Below, in pieces: positions 57,050 to 64,000 of a stretch of 64,000 nt of DNA. The position numbers and the translations under genes were made by a program. The DNA is from Octopus vulgaris (Eukaryota). The notes beneath the pieces are model-generated. The model made no database searches and was not told the origin of the DNA. It was given only the letters and a program-made list of their open reading frames with translations. Location: contig OX597831.1 of the NCBI GenBank assembly GCA_951406725.2, positions 59,954,001-60,018,000 of the forward strand, read 5' to 3'. The first letter of the stretch is position 1; each line of letters starts with the position of its first letter.

Positions 57050-57600
57050 TCCATCTTTGTAAAGGATTTTCAGCTATAGTTTATATTGTTAATGCTTTCC
57101 TTATTTCCTGTGCATTAATAGGGAGGGGAGAATTGGTATTTCGGGTTTATGGTTGCAGGCCATTGATCTAGGTGTTTTCTTACGTGAATATTCCACGTCG
57201 TGGTGTCCCGTATTTGTTGCCTATGTACCATAAGTCTGTCCCTCAAGTTCATACTAGATTGACCTATGTAGTCTCCACCACATTCGTAAACACAGAATCT
57301 TTGAAGCAAAGGTGAAGTGGAAGCACAGGTAAAGTGACTTATTATGGTAAAAGTTTTATCTGACAGAATTTTTACGTTGGGCCCTCTAAGAGGAAAATAC
57401 AGGTCCCATAGTTAGGGCAGTTGCACTTTTCGTCTGGTGTGGTTGTACTTTTGGTGGGTAATTTGGCAGTGGTGAGGAAATTTGGGGGGACTGCGTTTGT
57501 CCTTTGCTTTCTAAGTATTTCCAGTGACTGTTTCATTCGCAAGGCATTCATAAAGAGCGATATGTTCTAGTGGCTGATCTTGTATGCTTCTAGGTTCCTT
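57050..57600 (-). pseudogene. Penelope-like element (Neptune-type) Zn-finger linker and GIY-YIG fragment
   Basis: KRSPPNFLTTAKL; KCNCPNYGTC; KTFTIISHFTCAS; CGGDYIGQSSMNLRDRLMVHRQQIRD. Confidence 0.88.
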
Positions 57601-57672
57601 AGATGGTGTGTTGAAATATATATATAGCCATGACACATACTTTATTTTCTCTCCTTGTTTCTGTCTGTGTTC

Positions 57673-57708
57673 TTTTCTGCGGAAAAGCGTAGGCTCGAAA
57701 CGTTAAAG
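57673..57708 (+). ncRNA. Degenerate minimal hammerhead-like motif (family of 32326 and 33034)
   Basis: UUU-CUGCGGA-A-AAGC-guag-GCUC-GAAAC-GUU-AAAG. Confidence 0.45.
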
Positions 57709-57792
57709 CCTTTTTCACTTCCCGAACGTTAAACTAATATATGTGCTTGTTGTCTACACCACCTGTTTTCATCTTTTTTGGGGAATTCTCGC

Positions 57793-57945
<153 letters not shown>

Positions 57946-58049
57946 ACGAAGGAAGGTTTATGAAAATAGACAAAAGACGAAGGCAGGTGGAATACAAACA
58001 AACAATTGTATTAGTATATATATATAGTGAAAATGCGTGTGTTATTTAT

Positions 58050-58215
58050 TAGAGTGTTAAACTCATGATAGTAAAATTTTAGTTTCGAATCTTGAGACGG
58101 GCGACCGCGTTGTGTTCCTGAGAAAAAACACACTTCAATTCACATCAGCCCAGTCCACTCACCTGGCAAAAGATGCACAGTCCTGCAAGGAACGGCGTGT
58201 TGTTCAGGCGGATAT
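58050..58215 (+). mobile_element. Old tRNA-derived SINE remnant
   Basis: gtttcgaatct B-box-like motif, then ttgtgttcctgagaaaaaacacacttcaattcacatcagcccagtccactcacctgg. Confidence 0.55.
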
Positions 58216-58225
58216 TATATATATA

Positions 58226-58540
58226 TCAATGGATCAGCATGTTCGAGAAATTAACGTTTAAGTGGCTGGGCACTCCACCGACACGTGTACCCGTTGCATA
58301 GATCTCGGGGTGATTCAGCGTGACACAGTGTGTGACAAGGTTGGCCCTTTGAAATACAGGGACAAAAGAAAGAAGAAGAAAGCGTGCGAAAAGGTCGTGG
58401 TGAAAGAATACCGTAGGTTTATCACAACCCCCTGCCGCAGCCTCGTGGAAGGTTAGGTGTTTTCGCTCCATAAACACAACGCCCTGTCTGGGAATCGAAA
58501 CTGCGATCCCATGACCGTGAGTCCGCTGCCCTAACTACTG
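58226..58540 (-). mobile_element. tRNA-derived SINE, second family (tail type C)
   Basis: Minus head tagttagggcagcggactcacggtc...gtttcgattcccagac...gtgtttatggagcgaaaacacctaa; tail gggccaaccttgtcacacactgtgtcacgctgaatc...gctgatccattga. Confidence 0.8.
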
Positions 58541-61500
58541 TTATATATATATAATATACGTGTGTATGCATGTATCAATGTACTCATGTATGTAATATAT
58601 GCATTACGTATACGTACGTTTTGCGAATGTAAGACTGAACATCTCGGAAAAATGATTCCCGTGAAGCATTGACAACATCTGGAACTAATCATTTCCGAAT
58701 ATGTGGTGGGCGTTCTTTTAAACCATGTAATAAATGTCATCGTATTGTACTAAATATATTGTTTTCGGGGTTTGTTGCTGAAATTTCCTCCAATCATCTT
58801 ATGAGAGAAATAATTTGTTGTTTTGTTTTTTTCTGAGTAAACATCCTACATAACTATATGCTTGAAATATGGTTTTTTCTGTTGGATTTCTGACGATAAT
58901 TTAGAATTGAAGGGTTTCATACGAAATGCCTCATCGTAACTCTATAGCATAATTCTTTGTTTAAACCGATTATTTTATCTATTATAAATTTTTTTTCGAT
59001 ATTTTCCATGGCGCTACATTGTATTTGTATTCTGAAATATTTTGGATAGATTACCTGGCCGCTTCCCTTGGTATACTTTATGCTTATTTAATATCCTATT
59101 ATTTTTTTCTTTCTAAGCGAAGACAATGTTTTCGATAAAAAAATTTTTGTTTCATTGTCATCTCGTTTTCATTGAGGAATTAAACATTAATGTGCACGAA
59201 AAAGAGATACACATACATACAGATATAAACCACACACACACGTGTGAGTGTGTGTATAAATATATGTGTGTGTATTCGAATATATATAAATATATATGTA
59301 AATGCATATATAATCAAAGGAATAATAACATACGTTGAATAGTTGTCAGCTCATTACAACTGTTTCTTACAAACCATTTTTAATACCGGTACGTAACAAA
59401 TAGAATCCTTAGTTCCTTTAACATAGCACACCATGCAAGTATAGTAAGAACAGTTAGAAAGTAATGGTGAAATGAAACGAAACTAATAGGACTCAGATCG
59501 GTCGACTATTGGATGAGCAACAGAGGGGGAAATTAGATTGTCTCTAGGTTAGGAGCTATTATAGTGGTTGTTTAAATGTCCTTTACAATATTTACAGGTT
59601 CGTGTAATCTTATGTATTCCGGAAAGACGAAGGTGTAGTTTATTATTAATTATTACATCTGTAGTATTTGATCTGTTACTTGATCATAAAACACCAAAGG
59701 TATTTGCCACTTATCGGACACCGTACAGAATACCAACAACGTACTATTCAAAGTAACGCATTATTTCGACTAACTCCTGGGGGATAAACTCTCATAGGGT
59801 TGGTTTTCTCTGTGTATACAAGTGGAAAATCCTATATGACACTTTCCAACCATAGGCTGGAACCACAGATTTATCCAACGCTACCTGGTGTATATCTGTT
59901 CAAGTACATGATTCTGGTGCAATCCTTATGTTACCTTGTATGTATACAATTCCCGCATGTATATAACTGCAGGAATTGATATGTTATGATGCACAACACA
60001 TTTTAGCGGCATTATTCTTTGTGGAATATAAAGATTTAGTCTTCTATTTACATAAAATATTTTAGCTGTTACTCTTGTACCGGTAATGCCTAACGTTATT
60101 CTCCTAGTTCCTTTTGTTATATTATATTTATATCACAAATGTGGTATGCATGTTACAGTATTTTGATATGCATATATTGCAAAGTATCTTAACTTTAATT
60201 CACACCACTGCGATGTATGTAGGAACTTTTTTGTGAATATTTTAAATTAGCTAGCCATTCTAGGGACCACTCCTCGGAAAGTTCAACTATTTTATAATAA
60301 GTGGAATTCCACATATGAATAAAGATGATTTATATTTTCCTCACGAAGTATTTTCCCACTGCAATTAAATATACCCTTTAAAATTATAGTAATTCTATCA
60401 GAAACGAATAATACTTGAGATTTATTCGCCTTTGTGAGTTCTCCCTGCATTTTATATATTCGATCGGAATATCTCGTTTCTACACGTAACTCAGATTTAC
60501 TTCTCGATAGATCTGCCATTCTTTTCAATTTTTAAAGATTTTTTCTGAGGTATTCTTTCGTAAATTTATTCAGGTTCATAATATTACAAATTCTCACAAT
60601 TTCTAAACATGAGTTGTTCATGTCTTTCAAAATTAATGTGTTAAAAAAAGTTCCTATATTTCGATGCTGAACCGCTTCGTAATGATAATGACACGCTTAA
60701 GAGTCGGGTACACCATATAAAACAGGATGTCTTTCGAAATTATTGCACATTTGCACTCTATAAAAATAGACTTGCAAACGTATCCATAAAGTATTCTAAA
60801 TAACTATTTTCTTATCTTTTACTGAAAATATTTATTATGTTTTATGTATTGTATTATCTAATGAGATTTCAGAAATATTTAATTCTTTGTAATAATTATT
60901 ATCTCGTATTTACTCAATATTTCATATTTACACTTTAGCATGAATATATCCGAGAATAACTATAGATTAGAAAATTATCCTGCGAATAAGCATCGTTAAG
61001 CTTATGTAATTATAAGGTGATTGTTCATTTCAACACTTCGCTATACCATGTTAACTTTTAGTTTATTCCTTTTGGAAACAATATTTTAATTTCTGCTTTC
61101 AATAGACTCACAGCACGGGAGACATGGTTTTCTGGGTAGCATTGCGTGCATGTTCATTTTGAATCAGTCTATAAATAATATGTATGAAATAAATCAAATA
61201 TTCTTTCAAATTTAGTGTAATACGAGCTGAAAAAATGCTAATCTGATTCATAACAATGGTTTCACAGCTCACGAGGAACAACTCAAAAAACCTTTATGCT
61301 CGTTAGAGTCGTTCACTTTTATCTATTCAAATCCCACGCTTCCATGATGTAAATAGGTCAGAGTTACCGCAATAAATGAAATGTGTATATTGATTCAGTT
61401 ATCTCATAGCAAATATTAACGCTGCCTATTTTATTAAGAGTTAGATCTACATTCATTCATTTCTGGTATTGCTTGTGATTAATACTCTAATATTCCATTC

Positions 61501-62278
61501 ATCTCACGAAATTCGTTAAGATATAGTTCTAGGTTTGCAAACATATTTAGATTATCTACAATATTTTTATAATAATTGGTCTGGATTAGTTTTGGCGACA
61601 ATTTGCAGATATGTGTATTTGAAAATATGTTCCACTAATCTATATGTGGCCTGCTTACTTCTGAACATTCATGCTGATACTTTTATGATTTTTATGCTTT
61701 GAACTGTGTTTATCATATTTGCGGGTTATTTATATTTAGGCATTTATATCAATGCATTTATATAATTAGAAATGAACAAAAATTTAAATGCTGCGATTTA
61801 GATTTTCAGTAAAATAGTTGGACATTCCAGTACTAGAAAGGCCAGGACTAGTTTTAGAACTAATTTTTCTCGAAACTTTTGGGGGAATTAGTTTAAACTG
61901 ACATTAGGCCTCAACCTCATTCATGTTCGACGTGAAGCTTTTAAAAATTTTTCGGGACGACTTGCCAGATGATATTTCATCTGAAAGTAAGATGATATTT
62001 CACTCAGAATAAGCAAGATACGCGCGTTTCTTTTTGTTATACTTCATAGAAATATCTCTAGACAATTAAAGCTAGAGGTTTGTGGTAAAAATGATGGAAT
62101 GACTTTTAAGTGGATCATGTACGTTGAGGACATGAATCACGAGCCTCATATAAAATATATGAGGAGCAGCTAAACCACCTAAAGTGTAATAGCGGATTGA
62201 CCACAGGGTTTCGACAGAGGTAATTTAAGAAAACACCGATTCTTTTACATACATAAATACATACATACATGCATACAT

Positions 62279-62342
<64 letters not shown>

Positions 62343-62555
62343 CATATATAAAAGCAAGTTGTCTGTTTCTTTGTTTCTTTACGTCAAACATGCTAAAGTA
62401 ACATCAAGATAATAAAAATCTATAATTGGATGACTAGGGCACATGGAAGGGATCCACTTATAATATAACTATGCGTAGCCAAATGAAACAACTCATTCAT
62501 TTTCCTATATTATTTAGTATAAATTAAGTGTGGCATTTATGTGTAATAATGCCCT

Positions 62556-62589
62556 CTATATAATATAAAATATATATATATATATATGC

Positions 62590-62667
<78 letters not shown>

Positions 62668-62711
62668 ATATATATATATATGCATATATATATATATGTA
62701 TGTATATATAA

Positions 62712-62764
<53 letters not shown>

Positions 62765-62782
62765 TATATTTATGTATGTATA
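62556..62782. repeat. Interrupted (TA)n microsatellite
   Basis: Directly visible. Confidence 0.95.
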
Positions 62783-62897
62783 TCACCGTGACCGACCAGG
62801 CTATCATATGTTACTACACATCGTTTGTCACAATGCGGTTCGCATTGTTTTTTTAGCCTTCAGATGACGCCACCCCGCTGGCTAAGCCAGCGGGCCA
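62783..62897 (-). mobile_element. Isolated SINE/LINE 3' tail (tail type A) inside TA tracts
   Basis: Reverse complement matches 31140-31250. Confidence 0.8.
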
Positions 62898-62921
62898 TAT
62901 GTATGTATATATATATATGTA

Positions 62922-62974
<53 letters not shown>

Positions 62975-64000
62975 TACACACACATATATGTATATTATTC
63001 ACAGACAAACAAGCAAACATATATGAAGAGAGAGAGTAAGGGTCTTACATATTGTGAGACAGTGACAGAGAGCGAGATGTGAGACAGGTTTAATCTACAA
63101 GTCAAAAACAGGTACATCCCTTGATTTTCCTGATGCCTGGTTACTTTAGACGAAGCACATTTAATATGAATTTGGTTTGTTCAATGTCAAATTCATGTAA
63201 CTGGCATGCGAATATGTTAGACAAACAATTCTGACTGTCGCACGAAAATGTCCACTCTTTTACAGTGCTTTATGTTGATGCCATGTCATTGATAATACAC
63301 CTGCAATAAACCTTTATTATTTATGTTAATCCTCTCACTAGTGCAGATGTTTTTGCGTGTACAAAATTTTACGTTCACTTCAATAAAAATAATATACTAC
63401 CCTGATATGAAGCGTGCTCTAAGTAAATATCAAAGTCCTTTATAGCTGAATATTATTTTGTATTGTGAACTGATTTATTCCCTTTAAATATGCGCATCAC
63501 ATATGAAAATTATGATGATATTCGGAATTTAAGAAGCTTGAAATTAATTTAGTCATCACTAACATGAAAATTATTTGAATTTGATTTTCCGCACATATTC
63601 ATATTGATATAAATTGTGAATTTCTTCCAATATGTCATCAATTGCCAACAGTCCAGGATCAATAGTGTTTATATATTTATTTTCAATAACCTGTTGCTGC
63701 ATGCAAATCGATGTTGCTAACATTTACGTCGTTTTTATAGCGTTATTGATTGATCAAATTGTTTCACCTGGCCTTTTAGAACAAACAATGATACTAAATT
63801 ATATGATGAATTATCAGTATGAAAAGCATGTCATGTATTCTGTAGAGAATTAATACAAGATCCTCGAACGATTTTATGAGGGGATCAATTTTTAAGAGTA
63901 TTTCAGCAAGCATATCAACATCCCTTTGAAGTAGTGTCCCTCAATGTGTATAAAATAAAGTCACTGCAACTACTGACGTAGAAAATAGGATTTATTTTCA

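Overview
AT-rich eukaryotic, most likely intronic or intergenic DNA with no confidently identifiable intact host gene. Almost all of the supplied ORFs are translations of microsatellites. The SINE families and dense (TA)n/(CA)n/(AAT)n tracts look like an octopus (cephalopod) genome; this is an inference from recalled repeats. The window is a patchwork of decayed mobile elements: tRNA-derived SINEs, RTE and R4/Dong-like LINE fragments, Penelope-like elements (PLEs) with RT/GIY-YIG remnants, DD37D (maT) and mariner transposase relics, a MULE relic and MITE-like inverted repeats. The main signal is about nine type-I minimal hammerhead ribozyme (HHR) motifs from several sequence families. Most sit in short non-coding, inverted or partial-tandem PLE-LTR-like units beside (TA)n tracts. 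One PLE carries a tRNA-like Pol III cassette between its GIY-YIG ORF and its hammerhead. Fold-back palindromes centred on microsatellites also recur. All alignments and folds were read by eye, so boundaries are approximate.
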